From positions 1-41,129 of the IMG/VR virus record IMGVR_UViG_3300028588_000043: a DNA stretch of 41,129 nt. One strand, 5' to 3'. Origin of the DNA: a virus. Its lineage: Duplodnaviria > Caudoviricetes. Made by a program: the position numbers and the translations under genes. The notes beneath the pieces were generated by a model. It was not told the origin of the DNA. It was given only the letters and a program-made list of their open reading frames with translations, and made no database searches. Shown here piece by piece: positions 25,496 through 35,600 of this stretch (position 1 is the first letter of the stretch; each line of letters starts with the position of its first letter).

Positions 25496-25828
25496 ATGGC
25501 ACTCAAACTCGTCGTCCGCAACAAACTCCGCGTCCCGGTCAAGGGCAGCATCACCGATGAAAACGGCAGGCCGGTCCCGTTCAGCTTCTTCCTGCTCTGT
25601 ACTCGCCTGAAGCAGACCGAAATCGAGCAAGCGATGGAAGACAAAAACGCACCGGTGCGGGAATTCGTCCGGGCCGTCACCAACGGCTGGGAAGACGTGC
25701 TCGACGCGGCTGGCCAGCCTATGTCGTTCGATGCAGACAACTTCGACATGGTCATGGATCAGGCCGGCTTGCCGGGCGTCTGCTTCCAGGCCTACATGAA
25801 GGAAGTCGGCGCCGTCGCAAAAAACTGA
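25496..25828 (+). CDS. Tail assembly chaperone (gpG-like)
   Basis: 110 aa ending AKN at the slippery heptamer A AAA AAC. Confidence 0.85.
   Translation: MALKLVVRNKLRVPVKGSITDENGRPVPFSFFLLCTRLKQTEIEQAMEDKNAPVREFVRAVTNGWEDVLDAAGQPMSFDADNFDMVMDQAGLPGVCFQAYMKEVGAVAKN
25819..25825 (+). other. Programmed -1 ribosomal frameshift site
   Basis: X XXY YYZ heptamer AAAAAAC just before the stop. The -1 frame reads KLKEAARLLARGQ... into 25846..26187. Confidence 0.85.
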
Positions 25829-25845
25829 AGGAGGCTGCGCGCCTC

Positions 25846-26187
25846 TTGGCGCGTGGCCAGCTGGACCTCGATTCGAGCGCCGGCGAATCCGTCAGCGATG
25901 AGCTGGCCGACGCGTTCGCAGGCCTGGGTCTTCAGTTCGAACCTGACCTAACGGTCGATCAGGACGAATTCTGGCTCTGGCCGGAAAACGAGGAGGTCTT
26001 CTGGTTGTGGGCCGGGTTGCAGACCCAGTGGGTCGTCGGCATGGCCGGCGCGACAGGCATGAGTTACCCCAGCGTCGAATCGGACATGCGGATGCTGGGC
26101 ATCCCCAATAAGAAGCGTCGGGATTACTACCTCCTCATCAAGAACATGGAACAAGCCGCGCTCGAAGAGTGGGCGTCGAAACGATAG
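25846..26187 (+). CDS. Tail assembly chaperone C-terminal part (gpT-like, DUF1799-like)
   Basis: LWPEN...LQTQWVVGMAGATGMSY...MEQAAL pattern, reached by the -1 frameshift. Confidence 0.8.
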   Translation: MARGQLDLDSSAGESVSDELADAFAGLGLQFEPDLTVDQDEFWLWPENEEVFWLWAGLQTQWVVGMAGATGMSYPSVESDMRMLGIPNKKRRDYYLLIKNMEQAALEEWASKR

Positions 26188-26197
26188 GGTCACTTTA

Positions 26198-29100
26198 ATG
26201 GCGTTCTCTCCCAGGGCCGGCGGCGCGGTCATCAGCTTCACTGTCGAGGGTGCGCAGACCGCGCAGCGCCAGATCGAAACGATCAGCGTCTCGATGGAGC
26301 AACTCTCGGATCTGGCAACAAGCGCAGGTAAGAAGCTGGCGGGTTGGTACGCGGGGCTGAAAATCGCTGATTATGCAAAAGACTCAGTTCTCCTGGCCGC
26401 GCGTTACGAAACGCTGGCGGTCGTCATGCATACCGCAGGCGTAAACGCCGGGTACTCCAACGCCCAGATGAATGCCTACGCCGCAGGCCTCGAAAAAAGT
26501 GGCATCTCGATGGTGAAAGCCAGGGAAGCCCTCGTTGCTATGACCACGGCAAACCTGGACAACAACAAGTCGCTTGAGCTGGGGCGCATGGCGCAGGATC
26601 TGGCTGTGGTTGCGAACAAGAGCTCTTCCGAGACCTTGACCGACCTGATCATGAATATCCAGCAGGCCGACACTGAGGGCCTAAAGCATATGGGCATCAT
26701 CCTGAACCAGGACGAAGCCCTTCAGAAATATGCCTCGTCACACGGCACTGTCACCAAGGCGCTCACCCAGACCCAGAAAGCAGAGGCAATCCAGGCGGCA
26801 GTGATGCTGCAGGGCGCGAAGTACGCCGGCATCTATGAGAAGGCCATGGGCACTGCCGGTAAAGCGCTTAATTCGCTAGGTCGCTATATAGAAAACATTA
26901 GAGTTCGCCTTGGGACCCCGTTTCTGGAAGGCTTCGCTCAGGGTGTTTTTGGCGTCACGGACGGCGTAAAGCAGCTAAACAAATGGCTCGACGAGCTGGA
27001 GAAGAACGGCGCCATGGAGTTGCTTGCCAAATCCATTGGGGCTTCGGTTGGCGGCGCAATTGGCCTTATTAAGGACGTTGCTGCCGCCATTGGCGACATG
27101 GGTTCGGTCTTGATCAGCGTGGGGCGGACGGCCTGGGAATTCTTCGACAAGTACCTGGGCGGCATGACCACAATCAAGGCCGCTACCATCGCCTTTGCCC
27201 TCCTGCTGTCCGGCTTCATGGTCGAGCAGGCCGTCATCGGATTCAACGCACTGTCCGCCGCAGCCTGGGGTGCTGTCCTCAAGGTCAGCGCGGCCTTCCT
27301 GGCAATGAGCCGTCCCGTGGTCACGTTCTTCACCGTGCTGAAGGGGGCTGCAGCCGCCTTCGGCTGGGGCACTGCACTGGCAATCGGCGCGCGCACCCTT
27401 GTCGCAGGTGTCGGCGCGGCCATAGCAAGCATCCCTGGTGTCGTCGGCGCCGCGGTCGTGGCAGCAGGGCTGGGCGTCGGCTATATCTTCGCCAAGGCCT
27501 TCGGCGATCAGCTGGATAAGTTCATGCCCCAGTTCATCAATGATGCCGTCAACAAAGGAATGGCGTGGGTCGTCAGCAAGACCAGCAGCCTGCCCGAGAT
27601 CAGCGAGGCCGTGCCGCGGGACAAGCCCGAAGACGTCGCCAAGGCCGCCGCCAACAAGGCCGAGAAGGAAAAAAAAGAACAGCTGATGCGCGACATGAAC
27701 AACGCTGTCGTCGCCGCCGAGGGCCAGATCGCCATCACGGCATCGGCGAACACCAGGCTGAAAGCCTTGAACGAGGCGCGCGACCAGCAGCTGAAACAGT
27801 CCCTCGACCAGCGCATCATCACCCAGGCCGACTACCTCCAGAAGAAGGAGAAGATGGACGTGGCCGAGGCCCAGGGCCAGCTCGCCCAGATCGCTGCGCA
27901 GAAGGCGCAGCTGTCCACGTACATGGCCGCCTTCAAGGCCGGCGCTCCGCTGGGCCAGGGCCGCGACCCGGCCGCCGACGCGAACGAGATGATCAAGCTG
28001 TCCGGCGAGGAAGCTGCGGCCCAGACCAAGCTGAATGCCGTAAAGCAGAGCTACGCCTACGAAATCGCTGGCGCCGTGATCGAGAGCTACACGAAAGAAT
28101 TCGGCTCGATCGCCAGCATCGTCGACGCGCAAGAGCAGCTGGTGCGCACCACGCGTCAAAACTTCCTGGAAGCGGGGAAGACCGCCGAGCAGCGCGAGAC
28201 CCTGAGCGCGCTGCGCATGCAGTCGGCGGCCGACGAACTGTCGGCCGAGCTGGAAGCCAAGCAGGCCAACGGCACCGCCACCAAGGAATACATCCAGAAC
28301 ACCTCGGCCATGATCACGGCGCTGAGCCAGATGGGCCAAGCGCGCCTGAAGGCCCTGGGCAGCGACGTGGCCGTCAGCTTCATCAATGACGCCAAGGCGA
28401 TGCGCGACGACACGGTGGCGCTGTACGCCGATATGGCGAACACCTTCCTGGGCACGGAAGAGGAGCGCGTGCGCGCGGCGGCCGCCGCCTCGATCCGGCT
28501 CGCGGCAATCCGCAAGCAGGACGCCGACAGCGCGATCGACAAGACCAACGACACCGACATGCAGAAGATCGCGGCCAAGCAGAAGGTGCTGCAGGCCTAC
28601 AACGATTACGTCGACTCGGTGAACCAGAATGCTGACGCTAAGGCGTTCCAGGCTTCGGACGGCTTCAGGGCCCTTGCCGATACGCTGGCTGACGCGTTCG
28701 ATCCGATGCGTGTGGAGCACTTCGGCCAGACCCTGGCCGGCGCCTTCGGTACCGCCGGTGACGCCCTTGGCGGGCTGCTGGACACGTTTGACCAGTTCGA
28801 TAAACAGCAGCGCGCATCCGATCGAGCCCGCCTAGCTGCGGCGGAAGAATACAAGAATAAACCAGCGGAACTGGCCGCCGCCAACGCGGCCATCAACGCC
28901 AAGCAGACCAAGGACACGCTCGGTTACTACGCCAACATGGCCAGTGCTGCGAAGGGTTTCTTCAAGGAAAACACGGCCGGCTACAAGGTGATGGAAGGTG
29001 CCGAGAGGGCTTTCCGCGTCATCGAGCTGGCGAATCAGATGGAGTCGCTCTATACCCACCTGTTTGTGACCACATCCAAGGCGGCCGCTACGACAACGGG

Positions 29101-31237
29101 TCAAGCCGTGGAAACCGGCGCGGTGGTCGCTGGTGAAGCAGCGCGCAATGCCGCCAAGGTGCCCGGTGTGTTCATGGCGTTCATGAGCGCCCTTGGGCCG
29201 TGGGGCATGGCCGCCGCCGGCGTCGCCATCGCTGCTGTGTTGGGTAGTGCATTCAGCGGTGGCCGCGGTGGTGGCGTCAATCCTAACTCCGCTGAAGAGC
29301 GGCAGAAGGTCCAGGGTACCGGCACGGTGCTGGGCGACCCAAGTGGGAAAACGGAATCGATCGCGCACTCGCTCGAGATCATGCAGAAGAACTCCGACCT
29401 GGAGCTCGACTACCAGAACTCGATGCTGGACGCGCTGCAGAACATCGCGACGGCACTGGGTGGCGCAGCGAAAGGCATCTCGCAAACCACCGGCATCACC
29501 GGCGGCTCGGCGTTCGGCACGGTCGCAGCATCGAATACCTCGCTCATCGGCGCGTCCCATACCAAGGACATCACCGACAGCGGTGTGCAGTTCTCCGGCA
29601 CCTTCGGTCAGCTGCGCAGCGGTGGCGGCACCGGCCGCCAGTACGAGGACGTCTACACCACCAGCGACGGCGGACTGTTCCGCAGCGGCTGGTCGCGCAC
29701 GGACACGAACTACAAGGCCCTGACCGCGGAGGCGATGAAGCCGTTCGCCCTGATCTTCGACAACATGGGCAACCTGCTGGTCGACGCCGGCACCAAGCTG
29801 GGCCGCGACAGCACCTCGCTGAACAGCGCGATCAACAGCATCGGCGTGAACTTCGAAGTCAGCCTGCGCGGGCTCTCCGGCCAGGACCTGACCGACGCCC
29901 TGAACGCGGGTATCAGCGTCGCCTTCGACAAGGTGACCACCGAGCTGTTCCCGACTATCGCCCAGTTCCAGCAGATGGGCGAGGGCCTGGGCGAAACGCT
30001 GGTGCGCGTTGCGTCCGATGTTCAGGGCGTCAACAGCATTTTCGGGTCGATGAACAAGTCGCTGGCCGGCATGTCGATCGAGGCGAAGGAGCAGCTGGTC
30101 GAAGCGGCCGGCGGGTTGGACAAATTCGCCTCCTCGGCAAAGTCGTTCATGCAGAACTTCTATTCCGAGGATGAGCAGCGCGCGGCCACGAAGGCCAAGC
30201 TGAACCCGGTGCTGGCCCAGTACGGGCTGACAACCGAAGGGGCGGCCGCGCAGAAGATGTTCCGCGACTTCGTCACCGGCCTGAACGTGACCACGGCGGC
30301 GGGCGCTCAGACCTATGCAACGCTGATGGACCTGCAGCAGGCGTTCTTCGATGTCACCGACGCTGCGGCCAGCCAGCGCGCGGACCTGCAGGACCAGCTG
30401 GACCAGTTGACCATGACGTCGGCTGAATTGCTGGCCAAGCAGCGCGATGCCCTGGACGAGAGTAATCGCGCGCTGTTCGACCAGGTGCAGGCAGCCCAGA
30501 AGGCCAAGGATGCGCAGGATGCGGCCAAGTCCAGCCTGGGCGATTTCATCAGCCGGATGAAGTCGTTCTCGGAGACCACGGCCAGCATCAACAGCAGCTT
30601 GGTGCTGAGCGACCTGACGACGCTCACGCCCGAGCAGCAGTACGCGGAGGCGCGCCGGCAGTTCGAGCAGACCCGCCAGGCGGCCGCCGGCGGCGACGCC
30701 ACGGCGCAGGGCAACCTGCAGTCGATCGAGCAGACCTTCCTGCAGCTGTCGAAGAAGATCTACGGCGGCGATGCGCAGTACTCGTCCGACTTGGCCACCG
30801 TCATGCGTACGAACGACGAGCTGTCGAAATGGGCTGCCGGCTCCGTCGACGTGGCGCAGGCCAGCCTGGATGCGCTGAACAACTCGTCGGCTAGCCTGAC
30901 GGACATCAGCGGCACCCTGAAGCTGATTGCCCAAGGCGTGCAGTACCTGCCGGTGGCGCTGGCCGGCCAGGAGGCGCCGACGTTCACCCCGTCCTACGCA
31001 CCCATCGACTACTCGCGCATGGGCACGCTGGACATGGCGCCGCTGGTCACCGAGGTCAAGGCGCTGCGCGAAGAAGTGAAAGCGCTGCGTGAGGACGCCC
31101 AGAAGCAGTCCGACGCCGAGATCAACGCCGGCGCCGCCGCAACCAACCAGGCTGCAGACAAGATCGTCGCCGGCCAGCGCGCGGCGGCGACTAACGCGGC
31201 CTGGGCTGCCAAGAACTCTACGAGGGAACCAACTTGA
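26198..31237 (+). CDS. Tail tape measure protein
   Basis: 1679 aa, Ala-rich and helical with hydrophobic stretches, follows the G/T chaperones. Confidence 0.92.
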   Translation: MAFSPRAGGAVISFTVEGAQTAQRQIETISVSMEQLSDLATSAGKKLAGWYAGLKIADYAKDSVLLAARYETLAVVMHTAGVNAGYSNAQMNAYAAGLEKSGISMVKAREALVAMTTANLDNNKSLELGRMAQDLAVVANKSSSETLTDLIMNIQQADTEGLKHMGIILNQDEALQKYASSHGTVTKALTQTQKAEAIQAAVMLQGAKYAGIYEKAMGTAGKALNSLGRYIENIRVRLGTPFLEGFAQGVFGVTDGVKQLNKWLDELEKNGAMELLAKSIGASVGGAIGLIKDVAAAIGDMGSVLISVGRTAWEFFDKYLGGMTTIKAATIAFALLLSGFMVEQAVIGFNALSAAAWGAVLKVSAAFLAMSRPVVTFFTVLKGAAAAFGWGTALAIGARTLVAGVGAAIASIPGVVGAAVVAAGLGVGYIFAKAFGDQLDKFMPQFINDAVNKGMAWVVSKTSSLPEISEAVPRDKPEDVAKAAANKAEKEKKEQLMRDMNNAVVAAEGQIAITASANTRLKALNEARDQQLKQSLDQRIITQADYLQKKEKMDVAEAQGQLAQIAAQKAQLSTYMAAFKAGAPLGQGRDPAADANEMIKLSGEEAAAQTKLNAVKQSYAYEIAGAVIESYTKEFGSIASIVDAQEQLVRTTRQNFLEAGKTAEQRETLSALRMQSAADELSAELEAKQANGTATKEYIQNTSAMITALSQMGQARLKALGSDVAVSFINDAKAMRDDTVALYADMANTFLGTEEERVRAAAAASIRLAAIRKQDADSAIDKTNDTDMQKIAAKQKVLQAYNDYVDSVNQNADAKAFQASDGFRALADTLADAFDPMRVEHFGQTLAGAFGTAGDALGGLLDTFDQFDKQQRASDRARLAAAEEYKNKPAELAAANAAINAKQTKDTLGYYANMASAAKGFFKENTAGYKVMEGAERAFRVIELANQMESLYTHLFVTTSKAAATTTGQAVETGAVVAGEAARNAAKVPGVFMAFMSALGPWGMAAAGVAIAAVLGSAFSGGRGGGVNPNSAEERQKVQGTGTVLGDPSGKTESIAHSLEIMQKNSDLELDYQNSMLDALQNIATALGGAAKGISQTTGITGGSAFGTVAASNTSLIGASHTKDITDSGVQFSGTFGQLRSGGGTGRQYEDVYTTSDGGLFRSGWSRTDTNYKALTAEAMKPFALIFDNMGNLLVDAGTKLGRDSTSLNSAINSIGVNFEVSLRGLSGQDLTDALNAGISVAFDKVTTELFPTIAQFQQMGEGLGETLVRVASDVQGVNSIFGSMNKSLAGMSIEAKEQLVEAAGGLDKFASSAKSFMQNFYSEDEQRAATKAKLNPVLAQYGLTTEGAAAQKMFRDFVTGLNVTTAAGAQTYATLMDLQQAFFDVTDAAASQRADLQDQLDQLTMTSAELLAKQRDALDESNRALFDQVQAAQKAKDAQDAAKSSLGDFISRMKSFSETTASINSSLVLSDLTTLTPEQQYAEARRQFEQTRQAAAGGDATAQGNLQSIEQTFLQLSKKIYGGDAQYSSDLATVMRTNDELSKWAAGSVDVAQASLDALNNSSASLTDISGTLKLIAQGVQYLPVALAGQEAPTFTPSYAPIDYSRMGTLDMAPLVTEVKALREEVKALREDAQKQSDAEINAGAAATNQAADKIVAGQRAAATNAAWAAKNSTREPT

Positions 31238-32679
31238 TTACTGATGAGCAATTTGCAGCGTGGCTCGAATCGAATACCGCGCTGCGCTGCATGCTGTTCG
31301 AGGTGGGCTCGAGCAGCGGCACGCGGTACCTTTCCAGCACGATGTACAACAGCAGCTCGGCGACCACCAGGTACGACGCGGTGGTCGCCGGCGGCCTGCA
31401 GGTGGTGGAATCGATCTCGATGGAGGCCGACGCCAGCCTGTCGGTTGGCGACATCGAGATCTACAACAACGATGGCGCGCGCGACAGCTGGCTCGACGAC
31501 GTCTGGGCGAACCAGCCGGTGCTGGCGTTCCTGGGCGACGTGCGCTGGGATCGCGCGGACTTCCGCCAGGTCTTCAAGGGCGTGGTCATCGACATCGGTT
31601 GCAAGTCGCGTGACCGGCTCAACCTGCGCCTGACAAACCAGCTCGAGCGCCTGAACACGCCGGTCACCGACGTCAAGATCGGTGGCAACGCGCCGAATCC
31701 TGACGCCGTCGAGCCGGAACTTCTGGGCGAGGGGCACAACTTCACGCCGGTGCAGACCAATCCGAACACGCTGGAGTATGCGTTCGGCGGCACCGAGCGG
31801 CTGATCGAAGCGCGCGTCGATGCGCGGCCCCGGGAAATCACGGTCGATCTTGCCGCCCGTCGCTTCAAGTTCACCAGTGCTGTCGAGGGCGGGCAGGTCA
31901 CCTGCAGCGCGCAGGGCATCAAGTACAACGGCGTCTACATCAACACGATCGGCATGCTCGTGCAGTACCTGGTGACGCAGCGGGGCAAGGCCAGCACGCG
32001 GTTCACCGCCGACGAACTCGACACCGCGCAGCTGGCAGCATTCGAAGCGGCTCACCCGCAGCCGGTCGGGCTGCCGCTGCTCGAGCGCGCGAACATCCTG
32101 CCGACCATCCAGCAGCTGGCCAGCAGCATCGGCGCCCAGCTGGTGCCCTCGATGGCCGGCAAGCTGCGCCTGATCCAGTTCGCGATCCCGACGTCGGCCT
32201 CGATCGAGATCCGGCCGTCACAGCAGATCGACAGGAGCATCACGATCGCGAACCGCACCGAGGTGCAGGCGGCCGTGAAGATCGGCTACAACCGCAACTG
32301 GACGGTGCAGAACAACTTGCAGACCTTGCTGTCGGCGAGGGACAAGGAGCTGTACTCGCAGGAATGGCTGTCGGTCACGTCGAGCGACGCAGCGGTGCAG
32401 GCGGCCTACCGGCGCGATGCCGAGCCGGTGCAGATCGACACCTGCCTGCTGCGCAAGGTCGACGCCCAGGCCGAGGCCGACCGCCGCCTGGCGATCGTCA
32501 AGGTGCCGCGCACCACGTATCGCTTCGAGGCGCCAGCCAACCAGCTGCTGACCGAACTGGGCGCGGCGGTGAAGCTGTTCAGCAATCGTTTCGGCCTGGC
32601 CGGCGGCAAACCCGGCCTCGTCACTTCACGCTCCGTCAACTGGGGCACGCTTCGAATCACCATGGAGGTAACCGTCTGA
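31234..32679 (+). CDS. Tail tip / hub protein
   Basis: 481 aa immediately after the tape measure gene, TTGA overlap. Confidence 0.7.
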   Translation: MITDEQFAAWLESNTALRCMLFEVGSSSGTRYLSSTMYNSSSATTRYDAVVAGGLQVVESISMEADASLSVGDIEIYNNDGARDSWLDDVWANQPVLAFLGDVRWDRADFRQVFKGVVIDIGCKSRDRLNLRLTNQLERLNTPVTDVKIGGNAPNPDAVEPELLGEGHNFTPVQTNPNTLEYAFGGTERLIEARVDARPREITVDLAARRFKFTSAVEGGQVTCSAQGIKYNGVYINTIGMLVQYLVTQRGKASTRFTADELDTAQLAAFEAAHPQPVGLPLLERANILPTIQQLASSIGAQLVPSMAGKLRLIQFAIPTSASIEIRPSQQIDRSITIANRTEVQAAVKIGYNRNWTVQNNLQTLLSARDKELYSQEWLSVTSSDAAVQAAYRRDAEPVQIDTCLLRKVDAQAEADRRLAIVKVPRTTYRFEAPANQLLTELGAAVKLFSNRFGLAGGKPGLVTSRSVNWGTLRITMEVTV

Positions 32680-35600
32680 TGGCGGAAATTGTCAACGACC
32701 GCGATCTGCTGATCATGGCGGCTGTGCCGCGCTTCACGCCGCCGACCGACCGAGGCATGTTCCTGACGCCGCCGGCCGCCATCTTCCGGGCGTCCGGCGA
32801 CGGCTCGACCTCGACGCCACCGTCGTTCACGTTCAAGGCCACCTTGCTCAACATGGCTGGCCAGGTGAGCTTTGCCGCGTCGAACGGCGCCAAGCTGACC
32901 GTGAACGCGGCGAAGAACGAGGCGACACTCGACTATGCCGCATACCTTGCGGCGGGCGCCGAGGCCGTCTTCATCACCGCGGCTATCACCGTCGACGGCG
33001 AGCCCTACACCCAGCAGGCGGTCGTGACCAAGGTCGCCGATGGTGCGCAGGGCATCGATGGTGCGCAAACCGGCGTGGCGCGCCTGTATCAGTTCTCGAC
33101 CACCGTGCCGGCCAAGCCGACCGGCGGCAGTACGTTCACCTGGGCCGGCGCCTGGAATGGCGCCTATACCGGCACCGACGGCTGGGGCGTGACCGCTCCC
33201 GCGAATCCGGGGACGCCAGGTCTGCGCCTGTACGTCGCCTCGGTCTCGGTTTCGGCTGCGGCGAAGGCCACGACGACGGCCGTTAGCTACACCGGCGCCA
33301 CGGTCGAGGCCTGGGCGCAGAACGGTGCGAAGGGGGATACCGGCACGAGCGGCGTGCAGTCCGGCGTCGCCACGGTCTACCAGTGGGCGGCCACGATCCC
33401 GGGCGGTCCGACGGGAAATGCCCTGTTCCGCTGGGCCAGCAATGCGTTCGGCGAGGCTCCGGCCGGCTGGGATCTCACGCCAGGCGCCGCGCCGTCGCTC
33501 GGCATGACGTTGTGGGCGGCCAGCGTGCACCTGGTGGACGCCGCAGCGAACGGCGACACGGCCTTCAACTGGCAGTCGGCCAGCATCATGGCAATCGGCT
33601 ACGCCGGCACGAATGGCGAACCCGGCCAGCCCGGGCAGCCCGGGCAGCCCGGTGGGCCCGGCAAGCAGGGCGCGTCGTACGTGACTGCGTACATCGCCTC
33701 GAGCGCGATCGCCGCCAACGGCGCGCCGGCGCAGACCGCGGGCAGGGACAGCCTGCCGGCGGCGAACAGCAGCGGCCTGGCCGGCGCCTGGTCGGCGGCC
33801 GTGCCGACGCTCGCCGACGGGCAGCGCATGTACCAGACGGACGGCATCTACGACCCGACCACCGACAAGGTCACCTGGTCGATCCCGTACTGGTCGTCGC
33901 TCAAGGTGGCTACGTTGTCGGCGATCACGGCGAATCTGGGCAACATCACTGGCGGCTCGCTGAATATCGGGAATGGCAAGTTCACGGTCGACGCTTCGGG
34001 CAACGTGACCATGAGCTCGTTCATCCTGTTCGACCCGAACACCGGCAAGGCGATCCTGCAGGCCGGCGGATTGATCAACCCGGACTTCCTGCCGGCGAGC
34101 GTGAAGAACAGCGAGATCCAGGTGGGCGGGCGCAACCTCGTTCCGGACTCGGGATTCGAGCGCGGCCTGTACCCGTTCAGCGAGCGCAGCGGGGGATTCA
34201 ACTGGCTCACCACCACCAACGCTGTCAATGCTGGTGCGCCGTACGTCGGCACGCGATTGCTGTACATGGACGGCGGGCAAACCGGTAATGGCACCATGTT
34301 CGATTATTGGGCCTATACGGGCGGCCCGAAAACCAAGGTCGAGCCGGGCAAGCAGTACATGATCAGCTTCTACTACAAGGGAGGGGCGGATGGACAGTTC
34401 GGACATACGAGCAGCTATATTCGACGGTCCGATGGTGAGCATGAGCCACTGCTATTACCTGCGTTCGGAAACGGCACAACGTGGACGCGCCAGGTCCACC
34501 ATTGGACGTGCCCCGCTGGCGTAACCGAAATCGAGTTCCGCTTTGGCGTGGTCACCATGGGCTACTGGTGGCTGGGAGTGGATTGCCTCCAGGTGGAAGA
34601 GGGCAATAAGGAAACCGATTGGAATCTCGCGCAGGAAGACGTGACTGCCGATGCCCAGGCTAGAGCCGATGCGGCAGCCAACTGGTCAGTGGAAGCCGGC
34701 CACATCTACGCCGCTGCTCAAGCCGAGCTGGCCCGCACCACCGCCCAAGCGTACGCCGATGGGAAGGTGACGGCCGAGGAGCAGCGCGCCATCGACGATG
34801 CTACGGCAAAAGCGAATGCCGCCAGGATTGCTGCCATAGAAGCCGCAGCTGCGGACGCCCAGGCCAAGGCAGATGCTGCAGCAAACTGGGCCGTGGAAGC
34901 TGGACATATATATGCTGCCGCGCAGGCAGAGCTAGCGCGCGTCAACGCCCAGGCGCACGCCGACGGCATCGTGACCGACGCCGAGCAGCGCCTGATTGAA
35001 GACGCGACCAATAAAGCGGAAGCGGCCCGGGTTGCGGCGGTGGATGCCGCGGCTGCCGACGCCACTGCGAAGGCCGCTGTGGCTGCCACCATGTCGACCT
35101 GGGCAGGTACTAGCGGGCGTCCGACTGACATTTCCAATCTCGTCAAAAAAGGCACGTTTGAGGACAACCAAAAGGGGACGTGGAGTGGCGACAGTTACCT
35201 GGCTGCTGTGGATCAAGTGGGAGCCGAAAACGTCCCATTGAAGGTCAGCCTCCTTTCGCATTCGAGAGACTGCTACGAAGATGGCAATCCTTCCCCGATC
35301 ACCCCAGGGGAAACGATTTATGTTTCCGGGTGGCTCGGCACTCAGGATACCGGCTATGCATGCGGGTTCGGATTTGCGGTGCTTAACAAGGACGGAGCTG
35401 TACGCTCCTGGGCGCCTGTAATTACTCTCGCACCTCGCCAGCCGTGGAAGTATCAAGAAGGCTCGTGGACGGTTCCATCAACGATGGTGGGGTACGACGG
35501 TGTCACTTTCATTCCGTCTGGGCTGATCCCTTGGATTCAACAGGATTGTCCGCCTGACGCTCCCAACTATCTACGGGTTGACGGTCTTTGGATAGGTCGC

